In this document: piece by piece, positions 48,962-62,037 of the stretch
Layout: each line of letters begins with the position of its first letter
How positions within the stretch are numbered: position 1 is the stretch's first letter
DNA from: Octopus sinensis
Lineage: Eukaryota
DNA length: 64,000 bases
Assembly (NCBI RefSeq): GCF_006345805.1
Contig: NC_042997.1
Coordinates: forward strand, 199,206,001-199,270,000
Direction: 5' to 3'
Position numbers and translations under genes: made by a program
Notes under the pieces: generated by a model
Told to the model about the DNA's origin: nothing
Database searches by the model: none
The model's input: only the letters and a program-made list of their open reading frames with translations

Positions 48962-51722
48962 GCTTCACTGGATATACAATGTCAGTGTGAATGTATGACA
49001 GAATGTAAGTGATTTGAGAGAAAAAAAATTGACATAAGAGGCATCAGATGTGGTGTGCAAGTGAGAAGACTGTACTGGTATAGTCATGTAATGAGTATGG
49101 ACAAAGACAGCTGCATAAAGAAGTGCCAATCTCTAACTGTGGAGGGAAACTCTAGAAGATGTATATATATATATATTTGGTGAGAATTTACAAAAATCAA
49201 AAGATGAAGACGGGTGTGTAAACAACAAACAGATGTATTAGTTTAACACTCAGGAAGTGAAAAAGTCTTTTATGTTTTGAGCCTACGGAAAGGAACGCAG
49301 AAATAAACAGAGAAAGAAAATAGAAATGGTTTAGTGGCTATATATATATAATATTGATACATGATATTATATGGAGTACATATATGTATAAATATTCATT
49401 GGAAATATTGTATCATCATCATTGTTTAATGTCTTCCTTCCATGCTGGCATGGGTTGGACAGTTTGACAGGAGCTGGTCAGGCAGAAGCCTGCACCATAC
49501 CTCTCTGTCTGTTTTGGCATAGTTTTTATGGCTGCATGTCCATCCTAACACCCCAACTACCCAACAGAGTGGACTTAGCACTTTTGACATGGCACCAGCA
49601 TATGCAAGATCCGGTTTGGCATGGTTTTTACAGCTGGATGCCCTGCCAAATGCCAACCACTTTACAGTGTGGACTGGATGCTTTTTGAATGGCACCAGCA
49701 CTAGCAGGGTCATTTATTAGACAGATATTTTTCATGTAATTATGTAAAATAAACAGGTTTGCAATGTTTTTTCATATTTCTGTTTTTAAATAATTATGTT
49801 GGTCATATAGTTCCAGGTCAATTTATACAATTTTAATTAATATGTGTACATATATCTTGACTGGCTCCCATGTCAGTGGCATGTAAAAAGTAAAAAGGAC
49901 TATCCGATCATGGTCAATGCCAGCTCTCCTTTGGCCCCTGTGCTGGTGGCATGTAAAACAAGCACCCACTACACTCTCAGAGTCATTGGCATTAGGAAGG
50001 GCATCCAGCTGTAGGAACTCTGCCAGATCAGATGGGAGCCTGGTGCAACTTCCTGGCTTCCCAGACCCCAGTCAAACCGTCCAACCCATGCCAGCATGGA
50101 AAACGGACGTTAAACATTCATGATAATGATATCTAAGCCAAATATTACAATCTGCACTGAGTATTTGTGTGATAAAAACCTTTCTAAGACTATAATTAGT
50201 ATCTCAAGGGTTGCATATCATTTATATATCAAAGAGAATTTATGCAATTAAAAGAAAGGAATTATCAGAGGTAATTAACTGGTATAAGTGAGTTGTTGAA
50301 CATATTTAAATATTGGCTTGAAGTTGTATCTAATTCAAAGAAATATAGAAATATTCTAAGTTAAAGTTTATAACACTTAAACTTCTAACGAGTTTACTTT
50401 AAATATATTAAGATGGAATATATTACTGCTAATAAGGTATGCAACACATCTAAATTGTGTGTTTGTCTCTAGACATCGTCATTATCATTTTAACAGCCAC
50501 TTTTCCATGCTTGCATGGGTCAGATGGAATTTGTTACCATCTGAGTGTGATTGTTGCCAGAGCAGCCAACTGGCTTCCATGCCGGTGGCACGTAAAAGGG
50601 CACCATTTGAGTGTGATCGTTACCAACGTCGCCTTACAGGCACCTGTGCCAGTGGCATGTGTAAAAAGATTCGAGCGAGGTCATTGCCAGTACCGCCTGT
50701 CTGGCCCTCGTGCCGGTGGCATGTAAGAAGCACCCACTACACTCTCAGAGTGGTTGGTGTTAGGAAGGGCATCCAGCTGTAGAAACTCTGCCAGATCAAG
50801 ATTGGAGACTGGTGCAGCCATATGGTTCACCAGACCTCAGTCAAATCGTCCAACCCATGCTATCATGGAAAGCGGACGTTAAACGATGAGGATGATGATA
50901 ATGATGATAGCTCCAATCTTTGCAGCTGGAACAAGTATAAGTAGTTAAAGACACTTAGAGGATGTCTTATGTTTGCTTGTGACTACAAAGGCACCTGAAA
51001 CAATCTGTAAAAGCACGGGAGATATTCACTTAAAAGTGACAACATGATGTAAAGAACAGAACACATTGTACCTGCTTTGTATATCATTTGTGTGTATGCG
51101 TATGTTTTTACACTTGTATACACTTATATTTCTTCTTGAGCGAGTGATGATTGACAACAAATCTGAGAAATGACTGCCACACTAACTCCAAACAGCTCCG
51201 CTATAAACTGCTGAGAATCACCAGATCTGAAAAACTAAATCAATCAAATGTAAAGTTAATGTTCCATCTTTTGAGTTGTTTTATGTTTTATGGAATTATC
51301 ACCTGCTTTTATTAGCAGGCTTGTCAGTTTTATCTTTGTTGTTCAGTTTTTATTTTCTCACTTCTTCAGACTTTGTGACTGCTGTTTAAGAATTAGTTCC
51401 ATAAGTTTGTTGAAGTATTTCTGTTCATTCAACATTAGTGTTGTTTTACTTTAGCTTGGCTGCGGAATTATAGCAGTGTGAATGTTAAAAATATCTTAGC
51501 TGTGAATTTTCTGATAGTTGGTTACTTTGTTCTAGTTTCCTCTTTTGAATCTGCCTAATTTTAAAAATATTTATATCTTCCTATTATTCTCTGAAACTAT
51601 ATATCCATGTGGAGAAAACTAGTTTCTTGAAAATGTATTCCTGTATTTCATAATTAAAAAAAATATATATTTTCAGAGTCCCTTATAATAATAATATTAA
51701 TAATAACAATTATAATAATATT

Positions 51723-52115
51723 AAGCCAGACATAGTCTTAATTGAGAAAGAAAACAAACTATGCTGGATCATAGATATAGCATGCCCAGCTGACAACAAG
51801 GCATGCGATAAGGAAGAAAGAAAAGTCGAGAGATATGACAGGTTAACTCGGGAAGTTAAGTAGTTGTGGTTGATGAAAAAGGTAGAAGTAGTACCAATAA
51901 TTGTTGAATCCTGGGAAGAGTGAGCAAAAATCTTGAGAACTAAGTGGAACAAATAGGGGCTGCAATAAGGGTGGAGCACTTGTAGAAAACAGCACTGCTT
52001 GGAACCACTTGAATACTCGAATACCTTAGTTCACAGGTAGTGAACAGCTGACATCGTAGTACATCTCCAGCATTAGAAGCTGTGCAAAGGCAATAATAAT
52101 AATAATAATAATAAT
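51723..52115 (+). mobile_element. 3' end of an R4/Dong-like retrotransposon (RLE endonuclease)
   Basis: KPDIVLIEKENKLCWIIDIACPADNKACDKEERKVERYDRLTREVK*LWLMKKVEVVPIIV (PD..D RLE motif); (AAT)n on both sides. Confidence 0.85.
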
Positions 52116-53255
52116 TCTGTTTGTTTTATGCAATATTGAGTTTCAGTTAACACATATTAAGATTTTGCATCAGTACTGTTAAGTTGATATAGAAGTACAT
52201 TTGCCATTAAAAGACATCCATTTAAAAGAAAAATTTAGGACATAAAAATTATTAATTGCCAAAAGTAGTTTTATGTCAAATTTCTTAGCATATGAAAAAT
52301 AAATTTCTTATTTATAAATTCACATAACTTTAATTAGAATTTACTGCATACCATGGATTGATTTATGATACAAGCAAGTCTCAGGTCTTGTGAGAAGAGT
52401 GAAGGCAATTACTCGGCTATTACTTTATTTCATTGACCTTGTTAGTATGAAAAGTAAAGTTAACTCTAGCAGAATTTGAACTCAGAAAGTTTCTAAATTC
52501 TTTCAGGAATTTTGACTGTTGGTCGACCCACTCAGCCATTTCATTGCCTTAATCATCCTAGGAGTCAGCCAATGAGAGGGACATTAAATCACTACTCGCT
52601 TCTGAGGACCTGAGGCAATACATTAATACACTGGATAAGTGCTAACGACTTCTCTTGCCTTCAAGAGAAGTGAGTCACAGGAGAGATCATACACATCCAA
52701 TAAATATACACTGCTATATTACATATTTTATATGTATATATATATATATATATTTTACATTACACATTGAATGCTATATTACAAGTTTTTCACATAGTAT
52801 TTATTCCTGATCATAAATTGCAGCATTGAATTGAGGTTAGCACTTAACTGCAACAGTTTATACATTCATCATCTGATAAAGCAGAAGCAGGGTTGTGTTT
52901 ACAAAGTTTGCACTTGAAACAATGTGGTTATGAGTTCATTTCCAGTTTGTGAACATCGTTGGTTAATGTACTTATAGCTGCAGGTCAGCCCGAAACTTAT
53001 GAGTGGAATTAGCAGACAGAAACTGAAGAAGACTGTTTCAAACACGTTAGCACACCGGGCAAAATGCGTAGCCGTATTTCGTCTGCCGTTACGTTCTGAG
53101 TTCAAATTCCGCCGAGGTCGACTTTGCCTTTCATCCTTTCGGAGTCAATAAATTAAGTACCAGTTTCGCACTGGAGTGGATGTAATCGACTTAATCCCTT
53201 TGTCTGTCCTTGTTTGTCCCCTCTATGTTTAGCCCCTTGTGGGTAGTAAAGAAAT

Positions 53256-53470
53256 ATATATATCTGTCTGCCTCTCTATGTATCTATCTATGTCTGTCTA
53301 TCCATCAGTCTATCTATCTATCAATCCATCTATGTATCTATCTTTCTACCGACCTACCTATCTGTCTGTCTATCCAACTACCTGTCTGTCTGTCTATCTA
53401 TCTATCCATCCATCTATCTACCGATCTACCAACCTATCTATCTATCTATCTATCCCTCCCTCTCTCTCTC
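53256..53470. repeat. Degenerate (CTAT)n/(CTGT)n tetranucleotide repeat
   Basis: Direct reading. Confidence 0.9.
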
Positions 53471-53775
53471 TGAACATGTGAGTGATTTCCTTTTATGCAT
53501 ATAAGCTAAGGACTGGCAACAAAACAACAGTTTCGCCATCAAATAGAGGTGGTGCTGTATACTTGTAGTCAACCATGGAAGCACAGCCAGACTTTCTGGC
53601 ATGCCCCAACATGCTGAGTGATCTTTGTAAACAAAAAAGGCTCATAACTATGTTCAGGTACTTTGACAGATTATTATTACCTTGTTTGGAAACAGGTGAG
53701 GGTTGGTGACAGGAAAGGTATCCGGTCATAAAAATCTGCCTCAATAAATAGGTAAAAATTTGTTTGCTAAAACTG

Positions 53776-53992
53776 ATGTTTTAATAATAATAATAATAAT
53801 GAAATTATTGTATACAGTGCTCAGGTGCACCACAACTTGTCAAAAGTGCATATAAAGCATCTGCAGTAATGTACAAATGTCTGGAAAGCGAACAGTGCAT
53901 GAGTCAGATACATGCTTGCGTGTATATGGAGGGGAGAAAATCAGGTGTAGTGTTGGCGAATCTCAGGAAGCATGAAAGTTTTGAAGGATGCA
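53776..53992 (-). mobile_element. LINE-like 3' end with (ATT)n tail, clade undetermined
   Basis: AATAATAATGAAATTATTGTATACAGTGCTCAGG... recurs at 63776-63868. Confidence 0.6.
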
Positions 53993-55600
53993 GGTAAAAA
54001 TAGTCATTCTAAAAATATGTCTAAAAATAGTTACTTGAAAATTTTTAGGAGCTTAATGATTCCCTAAAATTCAATCAATCATATCAAAAATATCTCTGAT
54101 AATTCAGAAAACACTCTTAATTTCACGAAATATAATTTAACTCTTTTGTTATAATTTCTCAAAATGAAACACACTCTTTATGCGTTTCTGTTAATTTTGA
54201 AAATAATAAAGACTTGGAGGAATTTAGTAAAATTCTTACCTTTAACCTTATTAAATTTGTGTTTAGAATAACTGAAAGAATACTTCTTAAAAACAATTAT
54301 GGTAGAAGGCATTGATATAATAAATACGAATACTTTGGGCAATTTTCTGTCGGGTGTGGTTTCAGAAAGATATGATATTTTGAAAAGAAATTAAATTTTT
54401 TTTCCAAGTCAGCTTATGATTTCTTATTATGTAGCTATAAATCTAATATATAATAATATAAAATAATTGAGTTTCTATTTAGTTATTTAGGTTTCACTAT
54501 TCATTTTAATAGATTATGTTCTTAAAATGTCTGAAGGTAGATTTTTACTATTTGTGCAGCAATATCAATACACATTCTAATATTTATAGATGGTAAACGT
54601 CTGTCTGCTGTAAGTTAATGTCAACAATGATAAACAGACGAAAATTAAAAGCCACAAAAAAAAAAAAAACGAACAAATTTATGAAAAAAAAAAATTCAAT
54701 TCAATTAAAAAAATACAAGTAAAAATAATCTTGGAGTGTATTTGATTTAATGATTGTAAAGCACATTAATTCAGCTGTTAGTGATATATATTTTAATCTT
54801 ACTCTATGAGAAAACTTTTAAACTAAATAGACTAAATTTGATAATAATATTAATTTTTTATAGCATTCAAAGCATAATAATATTATTTACATTGATAATT
54901 TTATTTTCATATAATAAGAGACTTTTGAAACAGTTGATGAAATATTCCTAATTTAAATAAATTTGTATTATTGCTTGTTAATCCCTGTTGACAATTCCCC
55001 ACCCAGTTTTATGAAAATAATGGGTTTTTTTCGTATGGCAAGGATATATGGTTAACAAGTTACTATAGCTATCCTTTGATTTCAGGTTCAGACTCTTTGC
55101 ACCTTGGAGAAGTGTCTTCTGCTATAACCCAGGGCTGGACCAAACCTTTGTGAGTGAATTTGGTAGATTGAAACTGGAAGTGTATCATACACACACACAT
55201 TAATGTATATGTGTGTAAATATAGATCTGAGTGTGTTTGTGTCTTAGTGTTTGACTGCATAACAATCAGTCTTGGCTAGTTTACATTCCTGTAACTTAGC
55301 AGTTTGGCAAAAGGAGAATCAAAAGGATGTGTATAAAACTGGGGTTGATTTGTTCAGCTGTACCCTTCGAAGTGCTGACAGTAACAAGTAAAAAAAAAAG
55401 CATAAAAGAATATTGTTATGATTCCTTCCAAAAGACTATGGTATATTCCTCACACTGGTCAGCGTCTATGGTTTAGTAATTAAAGATTTTTTGTTTTTAT
55501 TTCTAACTGTTCTTTACCCTAAGTACACACTGACCCATCCAGGCCCACCACCATTTTTTGTAACAGTTTTTATTGTATGCTAGATGAGATTTCACTAGAC

Positions 55601-55862
55601 CAGTGGTTCCCAAAGTGGGCAATATTGCCCCCTACCCCCCAGGGCTGTAGAAAGTTCCAAGGGGTGTTGAAGAAAAGTGGGATAATAATGGGGGCGAGGG
55701 GGGGCATTCATGCAAAAACAACAAAATAATGGGTTCGTTAGGTTAAATTTTATTTGCTTCAGAAAGAGGTCAATGATTGTGATGGTCAGTTGGGGAGGAG
55801 GCACTGGGAATGTGGCCTAGGTGTGTAAGGGATAGTAGCCAGAAAAAGTTTAGGAACTACAG
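55601..55862. mobile_element. hAT (Charlie-like) MITE
   Basis: TIR CAGTGGTTCCCAAA / TTTAGGAACTACAG; 8-bp TSD CACTAGAC / CACTAGAT. Confidence 0.85.
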
Positions 55863-55885
55863 CACTAGATTCTCACTCAACTTAC

Positions 55886-55956
55886 CTTCATTTCTTAGAA
55901 GCAAGAAATATTCTGACTGACTCACCAGCAACACCTCCTGGTCAAAATGGTCAATT
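55886..55956 (-). other. Candidate exon 2 of a minus-strand transcript
   Basis: Acceptor TTTTTGCTCTTTCTTTTTTCACTCTCTCAG|; donors CTG|GTGAGT (exon end 55926) and AAG|GTAAGT (exon end 55886); ATG AAG just before the second donor. Confidence 0.4.
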
Positions 55957-56430
55957 CTGAGAGAGTGAAAAAAGAAAGAGCAAAAAATGATCTACCTTTG
56001 TACTTAACTGGTACTTTATTTACCCCAGAAGGATAAAAAAAGCAAAGCTGACTTTAGTGAAATTTGAACTCTGAATGCAGAAAACATAGAACTGGAACAA
56101 TTCTGATACTACCAATCACCCATTTATTATTAAATGATTTAAACAGCAAAACTGGCAGAAACGCTAGCATGCTGGGCAAAATGCTTAGTGGTATTTTGTC
56201 TGCCGCTACATTCTGAGTTCAAATTCCGCCGAGGTCGACTTTGCCTTTCATCCTTTGGGGGTCGATTAAATAAATACCAGTTATGTACTGGGGTCTATAT
56301 AATCGACTTAATCTGTTTGTCTGTCCTCTCTGTGTTTAGCTCCTTGTGGGTAGTAAAGAAATAGGTGTTTCGTTTGCCTTTACATTCTGAGTTCAAATTC
56401 CGCCAAAGTTGACTTTGCCTTTCATCCTTT

Positions 56431-56710
56431 CATCATCATCATAGTTTAACGTCCGTTTTCCATGCTAGCAAGGGTTGCACGGTTTTGACTGAGGGCTGGC
56501 AACCAGATGGCTGCACCATGCTCCAGTTTTGATCTGGCAGAGTTTCTACAGCTGGATGCCCTTCCTAGCGCCAACCTCTCCAAGAGCCTAGTGGGTGCTT
56601 TTTACGTGCCACCTGCACGGGGGCCAGTCAGGTGGTACTGGCAATGACTTCGCTCGAATCTTTTATATGTGCCACCGACACAGGTGCCAGTGAAGCGACA
56701 TTAGTAACAG
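56431..56710 (-). mobile_element. RTE 3' fragment nested in a SINE family A copy
   Basis: SINE A breaks at TTTCATCCTTT| and resumes CAGGATTGATAAATTAAGTACCAG after the RTE end. Confidence 0.8.
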
Positions 56711-57412
56711 TCAGGATTGATAAATTAAGTACCAGTTATGTATGCCTAAAGTAGAAAAGAATATTAAATGATATTCATCTTCTAAAGTATGAGCATTTTG
56801 AAAATTTCAAACTTGACATCTTTCAGTTACCACCAACAATTTCGTTAGATTCTTTTACACATCAATTTCCAGAGAATTTTAATTATATGTAAAAAAACCC
56901 CACCAATTTCTTTAAAATATAAAAATGTTCAACTAATTGTTATCAAAAATGAAGCTGACAACCTTTCTTTTCACACTCCCACAATATTAGTTTTTAAATG
57001 CTTCATTTAAATAACAGCCTAAAGTCACTCTCAGAGATTGACAAACCTAAAAGTAGTTGTACAATACTGGTTTCTACTTTATCATCATCATCATCATCAT
57101 GATGCTTTCTGCTTTCTTTTAAAATGATAGTCATTGAACTTCAAATTTACTTATTATTATCAAACCATGTTAACATTTTGGCAACCAAAGACTAGTTTTT
57201 ACACAGTCTAAAACCGAAACAAACACGAGAATCAATAAAAGCTAGAAATCTTAAACTCACACTATTTCATCCCTCTTTTCCTCGATAGTAAAATATGTGT
57301 ACGATTGTTGAAAATTATTCTTTGAATAGAATATATAGAAAAAAGTATAAAAGAAACGTGCTGCGAGTGTGTGTATGAGAAACGATGAAATAAAAACAAA
57401 ATGTAAACTTAC

Positions 57413-57514
57413 TGTTTTAGTTTTGGAAATATCAATGATGAAATTCTAACTTAAATATGATCCTCAGCTTCTGTTTGGAAGTGGGAATCTTGCAATGTAT
57501 TTCCTATCTCAACT
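57413..57514 (-). promoter_or_regulatory. Candidate TSS / first non-coding exon
   Basis: Minus-strand Inr-like TCAGTT (plus 57511-57516) next to an ETS-like TTCCG; donor CA|GTAAGT at 57412; CpGs locally retained. Confidence 0.3.
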
Positions 57515-57927
57515 GACGGAAATCAATAGTATTCCTTTTAGGTTACACCTTTTTTTTCTCCCCCCACCCTCTCCATTTTAGTCTCAAATTACTAACTACT
57601 AGATAGAACTCCTAGAACCTGATCGTTTTTCTTGGATTTCTTTTTTTCTATTGGAATTTGTAATTTATCTCATTTTAAATTATTGAAGTCACTATTTTAT
57701 ATTTTTGCTATATTTATCTGTTGTTGCTGCTTACAAGTGAAGTGATATCAATTTATTGTTAGATATAAAAATTAACCAACTGCTCAATTAGCTTATGCAT
57801 CTATTTCAGCAGTCATTCTAAATATCGATAAAAAAAAAATATGAATCAGAAACTGTCTGCTAACATGATGCTCTTGTTGCTTAAGTCTTTCTTTTTGTTT
57901 CTCTAAGTTGTTGATGATTTTAGAAAA

Positions 57928-58291
57928 TCTCTCTGTATATAAATGGCAAAATGTCTGTGTGTGTGTCCTTTATACAAATCCACAATTTTTCAGTTAGAGG
58001 GCTCGTACTTTCTATGGTCATTCAAAACCGTCCAAGGGTGGTCGTGCACATCTTTACATTCCCCCAGTCACCCTGCAAAGCCATTAAAAAATCAATAGAA
58101 GTGACTTTTTTGTGAATTTTCTATCCAAAATCCAATCAAAATGCCCGAAACTTGATACGCCAATTGAATGCCAACTAGCTGTATGTGATTGGTCGGAGAT
58201 TTGGACAGTACTTGCATGTATGTGTGCACACATGCAGCTGTATATGCATGCACTAGCACTATGACCCAGCAACGATGGGTCATAGTGCTAG
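57928..58291 (+). mobile_element. Non-autonomous Helitron (same family as 41106-41472)
   Basis: A|TC start; CTATGACCCA/TGGGTCATAG hairpin; CTAG|T end. Confidence 0.85.
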
Positions 58292-58411
58292 TACATATAT
58301 AAAACTAACGATTTATGATTACTGTCATATAGCAATGCACTACTTCTGAAAATTAAACTTAACCAAATGATTTTGAGTTATACAGTTAAGCATGCATGCA
58401 GAATATATCTC

Positions 58412-58800
58412 GTTTACTCTTTTACTTGTTTCAGTCATCTGACTGAGGCCATGCTGGTGCACCACCTTTAGTCGACCAATCTCGACCCCAGGACTTATTC
58501 TTTATAAGCCTAGTACTTATTCTATTGGTGTCTTTTGCCAAACCGCCAAGTTACGGGGACGTAAACACACCACCATTGGTTGTCAATCGATGTTGGGGGG
58601 GAGGTGCGGCGGCAAAGACAGACACACATATATATAATGGGCTTCTTTCAGTTTCTGTCTACCAATTCCACTCACAAGGTTTTGGTCGGCCCGAGGCTAT
58701 AGAAGAAGACACTTACCCAAGGTGTCACGCAGTGGGACTGAACCCGAAACCATGTGGTTCGTATAAGCAAGCTACTTACCACACAGCCACTCCTACACCT
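58412..58800 (-). mobile_element. SINE family B
   Basis: Reverse-complement consensus match. Confidence 0.9.
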
Positions 58801-59597
58801 ATATGTTAAGTTTCTGATTATCATATAAACATTTAATCTAAAGTTAATTAGCTTACATTTTTCTAATTTATACATTTTTATTGCTACAATTATAGTTATT
58901 TAGTCTTCAAAATATCGAAAATGTTATCGTATTTCAACTATTAATTCAGATAGATATCGACGGAAATTTCAAGCTTATGATAAAAATTTATCTTATGTAG
59001 TTAAAAAATAATTATAAGCTAATGGGTTTGTTATTGGCTTTTATCAATTGACTTAATTTTCAGATTTTTAATTATTCAAGCATGATTGATTTATCGCAAC
59101 AAACATGAAAGTCAGCATCCTGCTGTAATTTCTTTGGAAATCTCAATCACATATTCCTAATCTGATTTAATATTGTTTAATAACAGATAAGACGTACTAA
59201 AGAATATGAATTAATACATTCAGTGTATGAAAACACAGCTTGTCAAAAATTAGTTAAGAAGAATGTACTGGCTGTGTGGTAAGTAGCTTGCTTACGAACC
59301 ACATGGTTCCAAGTTCAGTCCCACTGTGGCTTCTTTTTCCTGTTCTTTATCTATCTTGCAAACTTACAAGGCAACCTTCCTAGTGCCAATGGCATACATA
59401 CACAAAAAACAAAAGCACTCAGACACTCTGTAAAGTGGTTGTCATTAGGAAGAGCATCTAGTTGTAGAAATTATTCCGAAGCAGACATTGGAGCCCAACG
59501 TTGCCTGGAGGTCACCAGATCCTGTCAAACTGTTCAGCCCATGCCAGCATGGAAAAGAGATGTTAAATGGTGATGGTGGGGATTTATATATATATAG

Positions 59598-60320
59598 GTG
59601 TAGGAGTGGAAAGCAGTTTCCTTAGCAACCGCATGGTTCCGGGTTCAGTCATACCATGTGACTCCTTGGGCAAGTGTCTTCTACTATAGCCTTGCGAGTG
59701 GGTTTGGTAGATGGAAACTGAAAGAAGCCCGTCATATATATGTATGTGCATGTATATGTTTGCGTATCTGTGTTTGTCCCCCCCCACATCGCTTGACAAC
59801 CAATGCTGGTGTGTTTACGTCCCTGTACCTTAGCAGTTCGGCCAAAGAGACCGATAGAATAAGTACTAGGCTTACAAAGAATAAGCCCTGGGGTCGATTT
59901 GCTCAACTAAAGGCGGTGCTCCAGCATGGCCACAGTCAAATGACAGAAACAAGTAAAAATGTAAATTCACCTATTCTTTTACTTGTTTCAGTCATTTCAC
60001 TGCAGCCATGCTGGGGCACAGCAAAATCGACCCCCAGTACTTATTCTATTGATCTCTATTGCTGAACCGCTAAATTATGGGGACATAAACACACCGACAT
60101 CTGTTGTCGAATGATAGTGTGGGGGTGGGGTGGGGGACAAATATAGACACGCACATATGGGCTTCTTTCAGTTTCCATCTCCCTAATCCACTCACAAGGC
60201 TTTGGTCAGCCTGAGGCTATAGTAAAAGATACTTGCCCAAGGTGCCACGCAGCGGGACTGAACCTGAAACCATGTAGTTGATAAGCAAGCCTCTTACCAC
60301 ACAGCCACTCCTGTGCCTAT
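59598..60320. mobile_element. Tail-to-tail inverted pair of SINE family B copies
   Basis: + copy ~59598-59959, ~14-nt spacer, - copy ~59974-60320. Confidence 0.88.
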
Positions 60321-60456
60321 GTTAACATTACTTTAAAAAAAAACAAAAAACAATTTATACCCTCACTTTGGCCTGAGATTTAAAATCACACTTAATTTAA
60401 TTACTATATTCTTAGCTATACTTCTGTGAGATAAGAGTTCATTTTTTTATGCTTAT

Positions 60457-60766
60457 TGTTATGATGTGGTGTTTTCTACAGTTATAATGTGAGACCACTG
60501 TTGTGTCTGTAACTGTTGTATCTACTCCATTAGCTATGGTATTTTCTTGGTATTGGATACAGTGGATCCAAATTTGGATTATCTACCTTGACTGTGACTC
60601 AAACTTAACCAAAACACATAACCGTCACTTAACTCCAACTGAGAACTCATATGACTCTACAATGACTGACACATGACTCTCTGTACTGGATGACATCGTC
60701 TCACTTTATAGTGGCTGGGTCATACCACTTGTCCTGTGGGACGGGTGTACCATTTCCACCACAACA
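60457..60766. mobile_element. Solo LTR of an LTR retrotransposon (310 bp)
   Basis: 5'-TGTT...AACA-3' termini; 5-bp TSD CTTAT at 60452-60456 and 60767-60771. Confidence 0.7.
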
Positions 60767-61261
60767 CTTATATTTTAGGTGTGTGACCTAGTGGTTAGAG
60801 TACTGCACTCACAGTCAGTAGATTGTGGGTTCAATTCTGAAACCAAATGATGCACTGAGTAAATCACTTCATTTCATATAGGAGCAGTCCACTCAGCTGC
60901 GAATGGTCAACCCTGCAAGAGATTAGCCTTCTGGTCAGGGGGAATGTTGGCCAGTTCATCCAACCAGCAGGGTAACATCATTCAAAAGCCAAAATGATAC
61001 AAAGCAAATTATGACCAGTGATGCACTATAACAACACCTAGTAGCCAGGCTAATCATGGTCATGTGATATGGCAGGTAGAGCAGTGGATTGGCTGAGTTA
61101 TTAGTACCATACCAAGTGGTATTTCTTCCAGCTCTTCACATTCTGAGTTCAAACCATGCTGAATTAAAGTTCTGCCTTTCATCATATAAGCTGGAGGTTA
61201 ATGTAATTTACTAATCCCTTCTTGACTAAGTTATGGCTTAATTAGAAACATTTGTTTTCTA

Positions 61262-61645
61262 ATAATGTTTTTATTCTTTTAATTGTTTCAGTCATCTGAC
61301 TGTGGCTATGCTGGAGCACTGCCTTTAGTTAAACAAATTGACTCCAGGACTTATTCTTTATAAGCCTAGTACTTGAGTACTTATTCTATTAGTCTCTTTT
61401 GCTGAACCGCTAAGTTACGAGAATGTAAACACACTAGCATCGGTTCTCAAACGATGTTGGGGGACAAACACAGACACACAAATGACGGGCTTCTTTCAGT
61501 GTCCGTCTACCAAATCCACTCACAAGGCTTTAGTTGGCCCGAAGCTATAGTGGAAGACACTTGACCAAGTGCCACACGGTGGGACTGAACCTGGAACCAT
61601 GTGCTGGTGAAGTAAACTTCTTACCACACAGCCATACCTACACCT
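61262..61645 (-). mobile_element. SINE family B
   Basis: Reverse-complement consensus match. Confidence 0.88.
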
Positions 61646-62037
61646 AAATGATTCTATTTAAAACATTTATGTTACTGAATAACGAAGGAATATTGCTGTA
61701 CAACACCTGGAATTTAGCTTGCCAATGGAACACAGCTATTTCTAAAGTCAATTTATTTGCGTATTTCTTTAAATATTTAATGCTTTAGTATCATCCTTGA
61801 CATTTTTTCATTTTTATTTATGCATATTTCTATCAGTTGTTAAAAATAGCTGAATTAGCAAGAAGTTTTGTTTTATTTTAATTTGTTTTTAATGCATCAG
61901 TATGGAGGAAGGTGACTATGCTTATAGCCTTTGCAGGCCCTCTAAAGTCAATGTAGTTGATGTTTCCCTTCAACAGCAGCCAGTTGACCACTGGAGAGAA
62001 AATAGGGATGGAAAGGGAGTTTTAGAGGAATTTTAAA

